Shown: in pieces, positions 9,345 through 18,077 of the stretch
How positions within the stretch are numbered: position 1 is the first letter of the stretch
How the letters are laid out: each line of letters opens with the position of its first letter
Notes under the pieces: generated by a model
What the model saw: only the letters and a program-made list of their open reading frames with translations
Databases searched by the model: none
What the model was told of the DNA's origin: nothing
Made by a program: the position numbers and the translations under genes
DNA from: Acidimicrobiia bacterium
GTDB lineage: Bacteria; Actinomycetota; Acidimicrobiia; IMCC26256; JACDBD01
NCBI GenBank assembly: GCA_035938395.1
Contig: DASZGY010000080.1
Span: 1,188 to 65,187 of the forward strand
Length of the DNA: 64,000 nt
Direction: 5' to 3'

Positions 9345-9403
9345 CCGGGACGCGCGGAACCTCTACGCTCCCCCGCGTCCCGCCCGATCGACCGGAGACC
9401 CGC

Positions 9404-10465
9404 ATGCCCCTCGCCACCGCCGCGCGTGCCCTGCTCGACGAGCGCCGTCCACTCACCCGTGACGAGGTGGCGGCGGTGGCGGCGCTCCCCCTCGAGCAGC
9501 TGCCCGATGTGGTGGCGCTCGCGCACCGGGTGCGACTCGCCTACTGCGGCCCCGAGGTCGAGCTCGAGAGCCTCATCAACGCCAAGTCGGGCGCGTGCCC
9601 CGAGGACTGCGCCTTCTGCTCGCAATCGGCCCGGTTCGAGACCGGTGTCGACGTGTTCGCGTTCCTGGACCTCGACGACGTCGTCGCCGCGGCCCGGTCG
9701 ACGCGCGACGCGGGCGCGACCCAGTTCTGCATCGTGGTCGCCGTGCGGGGCCCGGAGGAGCGGCTTCTGAGGAAGGTGATCGAGGCGGTCGACGCGGTGC
9801 ATCGCGAGACCGGGCTCGAGGTCGCGTGCTCGCTCGGGCTGCTGACGCGCGACCAGGCGGAACGCCTCGCGGCTGCAGGTGTGCGCCGGTACAACCACAA
9901 CCTCGAGACGTGCCGGGCAGTGTTCCCCTCCATTTGCACGACCCACACGTGGGACGACCGCGTCGCGACCGCCCGGCTGGCGGGCGAGGTCGGCATGGAG
10001 CTGTGCTGCGGCGGGATCCTCGGCATGGGCGAGACGCTCGAGCAACGGATCGACTTCGCCTTCGAGCTCGCGACGCTGGCGCCGTGCGAGGTGCCCATCA
10101 ACCTGCTCGACCCGCGCCCCGGCACACCGCTCGACGACCGCTCGCTGCTCGCGCCGCGCGAGGCGTTACAGGCAATCGCGCTGTTCCGGCTGGTGATGCC
10201 GAGTGCGTGGATCCGGCTCGCGGGTGGGCGTGAGCGTGTGCTCGGCGAGCTCCAGGCCATGGGACTGCTTGCGGGCGCGAACGCGCTGATCGTCGGCAAC
10301 TACCTCACGACGACCGGGCGCCCGCCCGAGGCCGACGTCGCACTGCTCGACGCCCTCGGCATGCCCGTGGCCGACGGCCCCGGCGAAGGCAGGTTCGTCG
10401 TCGACAGCGCCGGCGCCCACGCCCGCCCCGCACGCGGCCCGTCGATCCCGGTGCGGGTGGAGTAG
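9404..10465 (+). CDS. bioB: biotin synthase
   Basis: Radical-SAM CPEDCAFC (CxxxCxxC) motif, YNHNLET, and GGILGMGE. The track ORF (8696..) is a spurious 5' extension, so I trimmed to ATG 9404. Confidence 0.95.
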   Translation: MPLATAARALLDERRPLTRDEVAAVAALPLEQLPDVVALAHRVRLAYCGPEVELESLINAKSGACPEDCAFCSQSARFETGVDVFAFLDLDDVVAAARSTRDAGATQFCIVVAVRGPEERLLRKVIEAVDAVHRETGLEVACSLGLLTRDQAERLAAAGVRRYNHNLETCRAVFPSICTTHTWDDRVATARLAGEVGMELCCGGILGMGETLEQRIDFAFELATLAPCEVPINLLDPRPGTPLDDRSLLAPREALQAIALFRLVMPSAWIRLAGGRERVLGELQAMGLLAGANALIVGNYLTTTGRPPEADVALLDALGMPVADGPGEGRFVVDSAGAHARPARGPSIPVRVE

Positions 10466-10466
10466 A

Positions 10467-11027
10467 TCAGCGGGTCTCGTTGAAGCTGAGCAGGACGGGG
10501 CCGCGGCCGACACGGGTGATGGACGCGACGTCGAGGCGCATGCGCCACGCCAGCTCGGGCGGGACACTGAGCGTCCAGGTCACCGCGGCCTTGATCGGCG
10601 AGACGTGGCTGACGGCGACGACGACGCGGTCGTCCAGCCACTCGTCGCAGAACGACGCGATGCGGTCGGCGACGACCTCGAGGCTCTCGCCGCCCGGCGG
10701 CACGAAACCGCCGTCGCGTCGCCAGCGCTCGACGACGTCGGGCGCGAGGTCGGCGAACGGTCGCCCTTCCCACTCGCCGTAGTCGATCTCGATCAGGCGC
10801 TCGTCGACCTCGACCGTCTGGCCGCACCCGGCGGCGATGGGCGCCGCCGTCTCGCACGCGCGCCGCAGGGGGCTGGTCACCACGTGCGAAACGTCGAGAC
10901 CGGCGAGTGATTCCGCCAGCCGGTTCGCCTGGTCCCGCCCGCGATCGGTCAGCGTGACATCGCCGCGACCGAGGAGGAGCCCGGCCCGGTTCGGTGGCGT
11001 CTCGCCGTGCCGTACGAACGCGATCAC
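10467..11027 (-). CDS. histidine phosphatase family protein (CobC/phosphoglycerate-mutase-like)
   Basis: RHGE catalytic motif (IAFVRHGETPPN), SPLRRACETA, and a distal VSHVSPIK histidine. GTG start at 11027 overlaps the upstream stop (GTGA). Confidence 0.85.
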   Translation of the reverse strand: MIAFVRHGETPPNRAGLLLGRGDVTLTDRGRDQANRLAESLAGLDVSHVVTSPLRRACETAAPIAAGCGQTVEVDERLIEIDYGEWEGRPFADLAPDVVERWRRDGGFVPPGGESLEVVADRIASFCDEWLDDRVVVAVSHVSPIKAAVTWTLSVPPELAWRMRLDVASITRVGRGPVLLSFNETR

Positions 11028-11506
11028 GGCGACGCCGGCGCTCGCAGGCGACCCGACCGCAGGAAATCGTCCCGGCGGCCGCGATCGGCGAGGCCGAAGC
11101 GATGCACGATCCACGCGCATGCCGCCAGGCCCGCCAGCTCTTCGAGCACGACGATGCCGGCCGCGGGAAGGAGCGCGCCGTCGGGCAGCGAGGCGCCCGT
11201 GAACGGCCACCAGAACACGTCGGTGTTCGTCCAGGCGGCAGACAGGACGAGGCCGCAGAACGCGCCGATGGGGAGACACAGGAGGCGACGGCGCAGGAGG
11301 CGGGGCCTCCCGATGGTCAGCAGCATCACGGCGACGAGCAGCACGACGCTCCCCAGCAGTGTGTGGCCGTAGGCGAGGCCGACGAACGGGAGGTCGACGG
11401 CGAGCGGGAGCAGGGAGCCGGCGACGACGAGCCGGTAGTCGACGCCCGCGCTCTGGAACACGAAGTAGACGAGCAGGACCGAGAGCCCCGCGTACCAGAA
11501 CAGCAT
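11024..11506 (-). CDS. integral membrane protein (possibly YdjM/DUF457-like)
   Basis: 160 aa with about 5 hydrophobic segments. The GHTLLGS motif is reminiscent of membrane-bound metal-dependent hydrolases. The family call is tentative. Confidence 0.6.
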   Translation of the reverse strand: MLFWYAGLSVLLVYFVFQSAGVDYRLVVAGSLLPLAVDLPFVGLAYGHTLLGSVVLLVAVMLLTIGRPRLLRRRLLCLPIGAFCGLVLSAAWTNTDVFWWPFTGASLPDGALLPAAGIVVLEELAGLAACAWIVHRFGLADRGRRDDFLRSGRLRAPASP

Positions 11507-11510
11507 GCGC

Positions 11511-11930
11511 TCAGGCGAGGTCGAGGGCGGCGTTGACCAACGCGTCGGCCTCGGTGTTCTGCTCGCGCGGCACGTGCGTGAGCTCGACGTCCTCGTACTC
11601 GGCGAGCAGCTCCCGCGCCCGCTCGTAGTACGGCCGAAGGTGCTGCTGCTTCACCCGGTACCGGCCTTCGAGCTGACGGACGAGCAGTTGCGAGTCCGCC
11701 CTGACACGGACGCGCCGGGCCGGGAACTCGCGGGCGGCCTCGAGCGCGGCGACGAGAGCGCGGTACTCGGCCACGTTGTTCGTCGCCACCCCTATGCGTT
11801 CGCTCACGGTCGCGAGCCGGGTGGGCGGATCGGTGGACGGGTCGAGTACGACGGCGCCGATCGCAGCCGGGCCCGGATTGCCGCGCGCGCCGCCGTCGCA
11901 GTAGATGACGAGCTCGCGCCGTGCTGTCAC
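11511..11930 (-). CDS. rnhA: ribonuclease HI family protein
   Basis: DEDD residues in context: IYCDGG, NNVAEYRAL, ADSQLLV, REQNTEADALVN. GTG at 11930 overlaps the upstream stop (GTGA). Confidence 0.85.
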   Translation of the reverse strand: MTARRELVIYCDGGARGNPGPAAIGAVVLDPSTDPPTRLATVSERIGVATNNVAEYRALVAALEAAREFPARRVRVRADSQLLVRQLEGRYRVKQQHLRPYYERARELLAEYEDVELTHVPREQNTEADALVNAALDLA

Positions 11931-12655
11931 GGCACGAGGATGCAGCCGCAGTTGTCGCAGTGGGCGACCGTCCCCGGCGGGCTCTTTCGGATGCGCTCCG
12001 CCTCCACCGACGGGATGGACAGGTGGCATCCCTGGCACGTGTTGCCGTTCAGGCGCGCCGCGCCGATGCCCCGGGCGCGCTCACGGCACCGCTGATAGTC
12101 GTCGAGCAGCGCGGCGTCGAGGGTTGCGGCGATCTCGTCGCGGGCGGCGCGCTCGCCACCCAGCTCCTCGTCGATCTCCCCTTCAACCTCGCCCAAGGCT
12201 GCGCCGAGGCGCTCCGCTTCGGACTCCAGCTCGCCGACACGCGCCCGGAGGGTCTCGACTTCGGCGTCGATGGACTCGCGCCGCTCCATGACCTCGAGCT
12301 CGCGGTCCTCGAGGCCGCGACGGTGGCGCCGAAGCTGGTCCACGTCGGCTTGGAGCGCCTGGAGCTCCCGAGGCGAGCTCACCTCGCCCGAGTACATGCG
12401 CCGCTCGACTTCCGCCGCCTTGTCCTCGAGCGACCTCGCTTCGTCGTCGTAGCGCTGCTCCTCGCGTGCCACCTCCTCGCGACGTGCCGTCGCCTCCGCG
12501 AGCTGCGCGCCGGCTGCGGTCAGCTCGCTCCGCACCGATTCGAGCGCGGCGCGCTCGGGGAGCGTGTCGCGCCGGTGGGTGAGGCGGTCGATGGCGGTGT
12601 CGCGGGTCTGGAGCTCGAGCAGCGTGTCGAGCATCACTGAAGCGTCCGCGGCCAC
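11927..12655 (-). CDS. C4-type zinc-ribbon coiled-coil protein (DUF164/COG1579 family)
   Basis: Long Glu/Arg/Leu coiled-coil region, then CQGC...CDNCGCIL zinc ribbon. Confidence 0.85.
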   Translation of the reverse strand: MAADASVMLDTLLELQTRDTAIDRLTHRRDTLPERAALESVRSELTAAGAQLAEATARREEVAREEQRYDDEARSLEDKAAEVERRMYSGEVSSPRELQALQADVDQLRRHRRGLEDRELEVMERRESIDAEVETLRARVGELESEAERLGAALGEVEGEIDEELGGERAARDEIAATLDAALLDDYQRCRERARGIGAARLNGNTCQGCHLSIPSVEAERIRKSPPGTVAHCDNCGCILVP

Positions 12656-12699
12656 TCTCCCGAGCCTAACGAGTGGACTGAGCGGAGCCCGACATGCGC

Positions 12700-14862
12700 C
12701 TACCCGCCCGGGCCGGGGTTGGCGGGGTTGGTCCGCGGCGGCGGGACGGTCGGCGCCGTCGGCCCCGGTGCGGGCGTCGGCGCCGGCGTAGGCGCGGGCG
12801 CAGGGGCGGGTGCCGGCGCCGGCGCCGGCGTAGGCGCGGCGTCGGTCGACGGAGGCGGAGGCGGCAGCGCGGGCTTGTCCGTGCGGCCCTGGACCGGGTC
12901 GATGAAGTGTCCGGGCGCGTCACAGTTCGGACCCGGGCTCGGGAACGCGTTGTCGGGCGTGTTCTGGGTCGCCGGGATCATGAAGTTGCGCCAGATCGTG
13001 TTCGGGATCCCGGCCCCGAACCCGGCGCCTGGTTGGTCGACATCGGGATTGCCGTGCCAGACGAACGACACGAGGTCGGGCGTTCCGCCGAGGAACGCGG
13101 AGCTGATCTGGTTGTCGTTGGTGCCGGTCTTGCCGAACGCGTCCTTGCCCGGGATCCCCTTGCCGGCGGCGGTGCCGCTCTCGATCGGGCCGTGGAGGAT
13201 GCTCACCTCGCAGTTGGCGACGTCGGGGTCGAGGACGCGGGTGCCGGGCCGGCCGGTCTCGTCGAACACGACCTTTCCGTCGGCGCCGACGACCTTCGAC
13301 ACGAAGATCGGGTCGTGGTGCACTCCGCCTCCCCCGATCGTCGCGCCGATGTTCGCCATTTCGACCGGCGTGATCGAGATGACGCCCAACGTGAACGTGA
13401 GCACCTTCCATTCGTTGACGGGCTGGCGGCCGGAGACGTTGGGCCGCATGCCCATCTTCTGCGCCAGGTCGATGACCTTGTCGATGCCGACGCCCGTCGA
13501 CATGCGCACGAACGCGCAGTTGACCGAGTCGGCGGTCGCCTTGTCGACGGTCATCAAGCCGCCACCGGGCTCGGCGTTCGACGTCGATTCGCGCCCGAAA
13601 CCGGGGACCGAGCACGGGTCGGTGCCGTCGACCTGGTCGTTGCGCGAGTAGCCGTTCGCCAGGATCGTGGCGAGGGTCGTGACCTTGAAGCTCGAGCCGA
13701 CCTGACGCCCGGCGCCATCGGTGGAGAGGTTGAACTTCGACTGGCTGAACGGCCGGTTGTCGGCCATCGCCTTCACGTAGCCGGTCTTCGGGTCCATCGC
13801 CACGAGCGCGGCGCCGAAGCCCGCCTTGGCACCCCGCAGCCCGCTCGCCACCGCGTCGTCGGCCATGCCCTGCAGGTTCGGGTCCTCGGTCGTGTAGACC
13901 TTCAGGCCGCCCTGGAGGACCTTGTCGCGCCGCTCCTGGGGCGTCGCCCCCAGCCGCGGGTCGCTGAACAGCACCTGCTGCGCGTGCTCGGCCCACGCGT
14001 TCTCGGGACGCAGCTCGGACGTGGGCTTCACCGTCGGCATCGGCTCCTGGGTGGCCAGGTCGGCCTGCGCCTGGGTGATGTCATGAGCCTTGACCATCCC
14101 CGTCAGCACCTCGGCGCGCCGCTTGACGGCGGCGTCGGGGTGCACGAAGGGATTGTCGCCCTCCGGGTTTCGGATCACCCCCGCCATCAACGCGGCCTCG
14201 CCGACCGTGAGCTCGCTCAGCGCCTTGCCGCGCACGCCGAACGGTGCCGAGGGATCCGGCGTGAGAAAGAACCGCCGCACCGTCGCCTTCACGCCGTAGG
14301 ACCCCTGCCCGAAGTAGACGGTGTTGAGGTACTGCTTGAGGATCTCGCGCTTCGAGTACTTGTCGTTCAGGCGGTAGGCGAGGATGAGCTCCTTCGCCTT
14401 CCGTTGCAGGTCCTGCTTGTTGCCGAGGATCCTGTTCTTGACGAGCTGCTGCGTGATCGTCGATCCGCCCTGGCTGATCTTCCCCTTCGTGAGGTTGTCG
14501 ACGAACGCCCGCGAGACGCCGCCGACGTCGATGCCCGGGTTCTTCCAGAACGTCTTGTCCTCGGTGTCGATCACCGCGTTGATCAGGATCTGCGGGACCT
14601 CGGAGAGCTCAGCCGGCTCACGGTCCTGCACACCGAGCTTGCCGATCTGATTGCCGGCCGCGTCGTACACGAGCGTCGGCGAGGACAGCTCGCCCAGGCT
14701 CTTCACGGTGCCGGTGTAGTGCTGCGCGGTCGCGATCTGACGGACACCCGGGACGAGTGCTGCGAAGCACACCCCGAGAGTGAGGCCGCCGACCAGAACG
14801 ATGGCCGCCAACCGCGTGAGGACACGTGCGGAGTTCGGCATGGGGAGGCTCCAGGATGGCAC
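12700..14862 (-). CDS. class A penicillin-binding protein (glycosyltransferase GT51 + transpeptidase)
   Basis: N-terminal TM anchor. GT51 motifs EDKTFWKNPGID and GGSTITQQLVKN. Transpeptidase SSFK and KTGT motifs. Pro/Ala/Thr-rich C-terminal tail. Confidence 0.9.
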   Translation of the reverse strand: MPSWSLPMPNSARVLTRLAAIVLVGGLTLGVCFAALVPGVRQIATAQHYTGTVKSLGELSSPTLVYDAAGNQIGKLGVQDREPAELSEVPQILINAVIDTEDKTFWKNPGIDVGGVSRAFVDNLTKGKISQGGSTITQQLVKNRILGNKQDLQRKAKELILAYRLNDKYSKREILKQYLNTVYFGQGSYGVKATVRRFFLTPDPSAPFGVRGKALSELTVGEAALMAGVIRNPEGDNPFVHPDAAVKRRAEVLTGMVKAHDITQAQADLATQEPMPTVKPTSELRPENAWAEHAQQVLFSDPRLGATPQERRDKVLQGGLKVYTTEDPNLQGMADDAVASGLRGAKAGFGAALVAMDPKTGYVKAMADNRPFSQSKFNLSTDGAGRQVGSSFKVTTLATILANGYSRNDQVDGTDPCSVPGFGRESTSNAEPGGGLMTVDKATADSVNCAFVRMSTGVGIDKVIDLAQKMGMRPNVSGRQPVNEWKVLTFTLGVISITPVEMANIGATIGGGGVHHDPIFVSKVVGADGKVVFDETGRPGTRVLDPDVANCEVSILHGPIESGTAAGKGIPGKDAFGKTGTNDNQISSAFLGGTPDLVSFVWHGNPDVDQPGAGFGAGIPNTIWRNFMIPATQNTPDNAFPSPGPNCDAPGHFIDPVQGRTDKPALPPPPPSTDAAPTPAPAPAPAPAPAPTPAPTPAPGPTAPTVPPPRTNPANPGPGG
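12779..12839. repeat. in-frame low-complexity direct repeat encoding the PBP Pro-Ala tail
   Basis: The 19-bp string ggcgccggcgtaggcgcgg occurs at 12779-12797 and 12821-12839, 42 bp apart. Both lie inside the (PA)n/(PT)n-coding region. Confidence 0.7.
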
Positions 14863-14936
14863 ACCGGGCCCGAAATCACGCAGCGGCCCACATCGCCCGG
14901 GTAGCCGTCACACGGCGTCGGTACCCTCCCGGAGCA

Positions 14937-17900
14937 ATGGTTCGCGTGCAACTCGTCGAGCACGGCCCCGCGGCGCGGAAGGCGCTGCGGGAGGCCGTCC
15001 GTTCGGCGAAGGGCATGGACCCGCTGGCGCCGGTCACGGTGGCCGTCCCCTCGACGTACGCGGGCCTCGCGCTCCGCCGGGCCCTGGCGACGCCCGACGG
15101 TCTCGTGAACGTGCGGTTCCTCGCCCTCGCCCGGCTGGCGGAGCTGCTCGGCGCGCCGGCGCTGGCGGCGGAGCGGCGCCGGCCGCTCACGCGCCCCCTG
15201 CGGGCCGAGGCGGTGCGGGCCGTGCTCGCCGACGCCGGGAAGCCGCTCGGCCCGGTTGCGAGCCACCCCGCGACCGAGCGGGCGCTCGATGCGTCGTTCC
15301 TCGAGCTGCGCCGGGCCGGTGACGACTCCCTCGAGCAGCTCGCCCGAGCCGGCGACCCGGCCGCGTCGGTGGCGCGTCTCTACCCCGAGTTCCGGTCCCG
15401 CACGGCCGGCTTCTATGACGACGAGGACCTCGCATTCGCCGCCGCCGCTGCGCTGGCGGGCGACGCGCCCGCGCTGCGCGAGATCGGGCACGTCGTGCTG
15501 CACCTCCCGACGCGCCTGTCGCCGGGCGAGACCGAGCTCGTGCGGGCGTTGGGGGCGGCCGGTCGGCTGCGCGCGCTGCTCGGCCTGACCGGGGATCCCG
15601 CCGCGGACGCCCACGTCGAGGAGCTGGCAGCAGCGCTCGGCGGCACGGAAACGCCCGAGCACGGGGCTTCGCCTGTGCTTCCGACCGGCACCGCGATCGT
15701 CAGCGCGCCCGACCCGGAGGACGAGCTGCGCGCCGTCGTCCGCGATGTCATGGCGCGCGCGTCCTCGGGGACACCTCTGCATCGCGTTGCGATCCTCTTC
15801 CGGGTCGACGAGCCGTACGCGCGGCTCGCGCAAGAGCTCCTCGACGCGGCCGATGTTCCCTGGAGTGGCCCGTCGACGCGTCGCCTCGCGGAGACGACCG
15901 CGGGACGCGTGCTCCTCGGGCTGCTGCGACTGCCGGACGGTGACTTCGCGCGCGACACGGTCGTCGACTGGATCGCCTCGGGGCCGGTGCGCGACCCCTC
16001 CGACGGCCGCGCCGTCCCGGCCAGTCGCTGGGACACCTTGTCGCGCGAGGCCGGCATCGTCACCGGGCTCGCACAGTGGAACGAGCGACTGACCCGGCTC
16101 TCACGGCACCTGGCCGCCGACCTCGCGGCGACGGACGACGACGAGCTGAGCGAAGGCGCGCGACGTCATCGCGAAGCCGACCTCGAGCACGTCGAACACC
16201 TCTCCCGGTTCGTCGCCGACCTCGGCGCGCGCCTCGCGCCGCCGTCCCCGGGTACCTGGCCCCGCCTCGCGGCGTGGGCACGCGAGCTGCTCGACCGCTA
16301 CCTCGGCGGCGAGGGTCTGCGCGTGAGCTGGCCCGAGGCGGAGGTCGAGGCGGCGCGGCAGGTCGCCGACGCGCTCGACGGCTTGGCGGCGCTGGCCGAG
16401 ATCCGCGCCGAGGCGTCGCTGCCCACCTTCGTGCGCGCGCTCGAGTCCGAGCTGGACGCGCCGGCCGGCCGCGTGGGGAGCTTCGGCGCCGGCGTGTTCG
16501 TCGGCGGTCTGCGCCACGCGTACGGCGGCGACTTCGACGTCGTGCATGTCGTCGGCATGGCCGAGGGTGCGTTCCCGCCTCTGGGACGCGAGGATCCGTT
16601 GATCCCCGACCGGGCTCGTCGCGTCACGGGAACGGCGCTCCCCGTCCACGCGGTCCGGCGAGCAGAGGAACGCCGCGACTACCTGGCCGCGCTCGCGACC
16701 GCGCCGGTGCGGTTGCTCTCTTCTCCGCGCGCCGACCCTCGCGCACAACGGAAGCGCCTGCCGGCGCGGTGGCTGCTCGAGACCGCGAGCTCCCTGCTCG
16801 GCGGGACGGTGGGCGCCGAGGAGCTGACCCGGCTCGGGAGCACCGAGTGGTTGCACGTCGTTCCGTCGTTCGAGGCGGGTGTGTGCGCCCCGGGAGAGGA
16901 AGGATCGCTGACGGAGCGCGACCTCCGCAGCCTGCGCATCTGGCAGGAACGTCGACGGCCGCTCGAGCGCCACCCGCTGATCGCGGCGACGCCGTCGCTC
17001 GCGGCAGGTGTCACCGCGTTGCGCGCGCGCCGCACGGCCGCGCTCACGCGGTTCGACGGCAACGTCGGAGCCGTTCCGGGCCTCCTGCCCGACGAGGACG
17101 ACGCGGTGTCCCCGACTTCCCTCGAGAGCTGGGCCACGTGCCCGTTCCGCTACCTGCTCCAGCGCGTGCTGCGGGTACGAGAGGTGGAGCGCCCCGAGGC
17201 CACCGACCGCATCGGTCCGCTCGAACGCGGCAGGCTCGTGCACGCGGTGCTCGCCGAGTTCCTCGACGGTGTCGAGCCCCGGACCGCACCCGACCAGCCG
17301 TGGGACGACGCCGAGCGGGGGCTGCTCCTGGCGATCGGCGAGCGGTACTGCAACGAGGCCGAGAGCGAAGGCCTCACCGGGCGGCCATTGCTCTGGAAGC
17401 TCGACCGGCGGCGGATCCTGCGGGAGCTCGAGGGCTTCCTCGACACCGACGAGGAGATCCGCCGAGCGCTCGGCGTCGTGCCCAAGGCGAGAGCACGCGA
17501 GCTCGCGTTTGGTTTCGGCGGGGATACCGGTGCCCCCGCGACCATCACGCTCGCGGACGGCCGCGTCGTGCGGTTCCACGGGTTCATCGACCGCGTCGAC
17601 CAGGGCCCGAGCGGGTCGCCGATCGTCGTCTTCGATTACAAGACGGGTCGGCCCGAGGATCCCACCAAGGGGCTCGAGCGCGGCAACAAGCTCCAGCTTC
17701 CCGTGTACGCGTTGGCGATGGCCGGTGACGACCGGAAGGCCGACGTGCAGGCGTACTACTGGTCGACGCGCGCGTTCGGCACCGAGGCGCTTGCGGGGAT
17801 CAAGCTCGACGAGCCGACGCTCGATCAGTTCACCGACAACGTCTCGACCATCGTCGAGGGCATCGGCGCCGGCGTGTTCCCCGCGTTCCCCGACAAGCCC

Positions 17901-18077
17901 CGCCAGGATGGCCGCGGGCGCGAGACGTGGGAAAACTGCTGCTACTGCGCGTTCGACCGCGTCTGCGCGCCTGCGCGCGACGACGACTGGACCCGCAAGC
18001 GGGCCGACCCGGTCGTGGCGCGGTTTCGGCAGCTGGCCGACCCGCCGCCGCAGGCGGCCGAGGAGGTCGAGTCGTGA
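14937..18077 (+). CDS. adnA: AdnA/AddB-type helicase-nuclease subunit (inactive motor, RecB-like nuclease with Fe-S cysteines)
   Basis: About 1046 aa with no GxGKT/S Walker A anywhere. C-terminal PD-(D/E)XK motif IVVFDYKTG. One upstream Cys (WATCPFRY) plus CCYCAFDRVC (C-X2-C-X5-C), as in AddB/AdnA iron-staple domains. Start trimmed to ATG 14937. Confidence 0.85.
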   Translation: MVRVQLVEHGPAARKALREAVRSAKGMDPLAPVTVAVPSTYAGLALRRALATPDGLVNVRFLALARLAELLGAPALAAERRRPLTRPLRAEAVRAVLADAGKPLGPVASHPATERALDASFLELRRAGDDSLEQLARAGDPAASVARLYPEFRSRTAGFYDDEDLAFAAAAALAGDAPALREIGHVVLHLPTRLSPGETELVRALGAAGRLRALLGLTGDPAADAHVEELAAALGGTETPEHGASPVLPTGTAIVSAPDPEDELRAVVRDVMARASSGTPLHRVAILFRVDEPYARLAQELLDAADVPWSGPSTRRLAETTAGRVLLGLLRLPDGDFARDTVVDWIASGPVRDPSDGRAVPASRWDTLSREAGIVTGLAQWNERLTRLSRHLAADLAATDDDELSEGARRHREADLEHVEHLSRFVADLGARLAPPSPGTWPRLAAWARELLDRYLGGEGLRVSWPEAEVEAARQVADALDGLAALAEIRAEASLPTFVRALESELDAPAGRVGSFGAGVFVGGLRHAYGGDFDVVHVVGMAEGAFPPLGREDPLIPDRARRVTGTALPVHAVRRAEERRDYLAALATAPVRLLSSPRADPRAQRKRLPARWLLETASSLLGGTVGAEELTRLGSTEWLHVVPSFEAGVCAPGEEGSLTERDLRSLRIWQERRRPLERHPLIAATPSLAAGVTALRARRTAALTRFDGNVGAVPGLLPDEDDAVSPTSLESWATCPFRYLLQRVLRVREVERPEATDRIGPLERGRLVHAVLAEFLDGVEPRTAPDQPWDDAERGLLLAIGERYCNEAESEGLTGRPLLWKLDRRRILRELEGFLDTDEEIRRALGVVPKARARELAFGFGGDTGAPATITLADGRVVRFHGFIDRVDQGPSGSPIVVFDYKTGRPEDPTKGLERGNKLQLPVYALAMAGDDRKADVQAYYWSTRAFGTEALAGIKLDEPTLDQFTDNVSTIVEGIGAGVFPAFPDKPRQDGRGRETWENCCYCAFDRVCAPARDDDWTRKRADPVVARFRQLADPPPQAAEEVES

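Noticed and set aside
8696-9403. Long 5' extensions of track ORFs: bioB from 8696, ABC ATPase to 25118, SBP from 30645, DUF899 to 46970, amine oxidase to 8535, alkA-like to 49150, YHYH to 30589.
   Set aside because: The extensions are Arg-rich, lack homology-like motifs and overlap upstream genes. Internal starts coincide with SD sequences, with stop/start overlaps, or with the beginning of the conserved domain.
14863-14936. LexA box (TCGAAC-N4-GTTCGA) or RecA-NDp/PafBC-type promoter upstream of adnAB.
   Set aside because: There is only a weak GTCGGT resemblance without a correctly spaced TANNNT. TCGAAC half-sites elsewhere in the window lack a matching second half.
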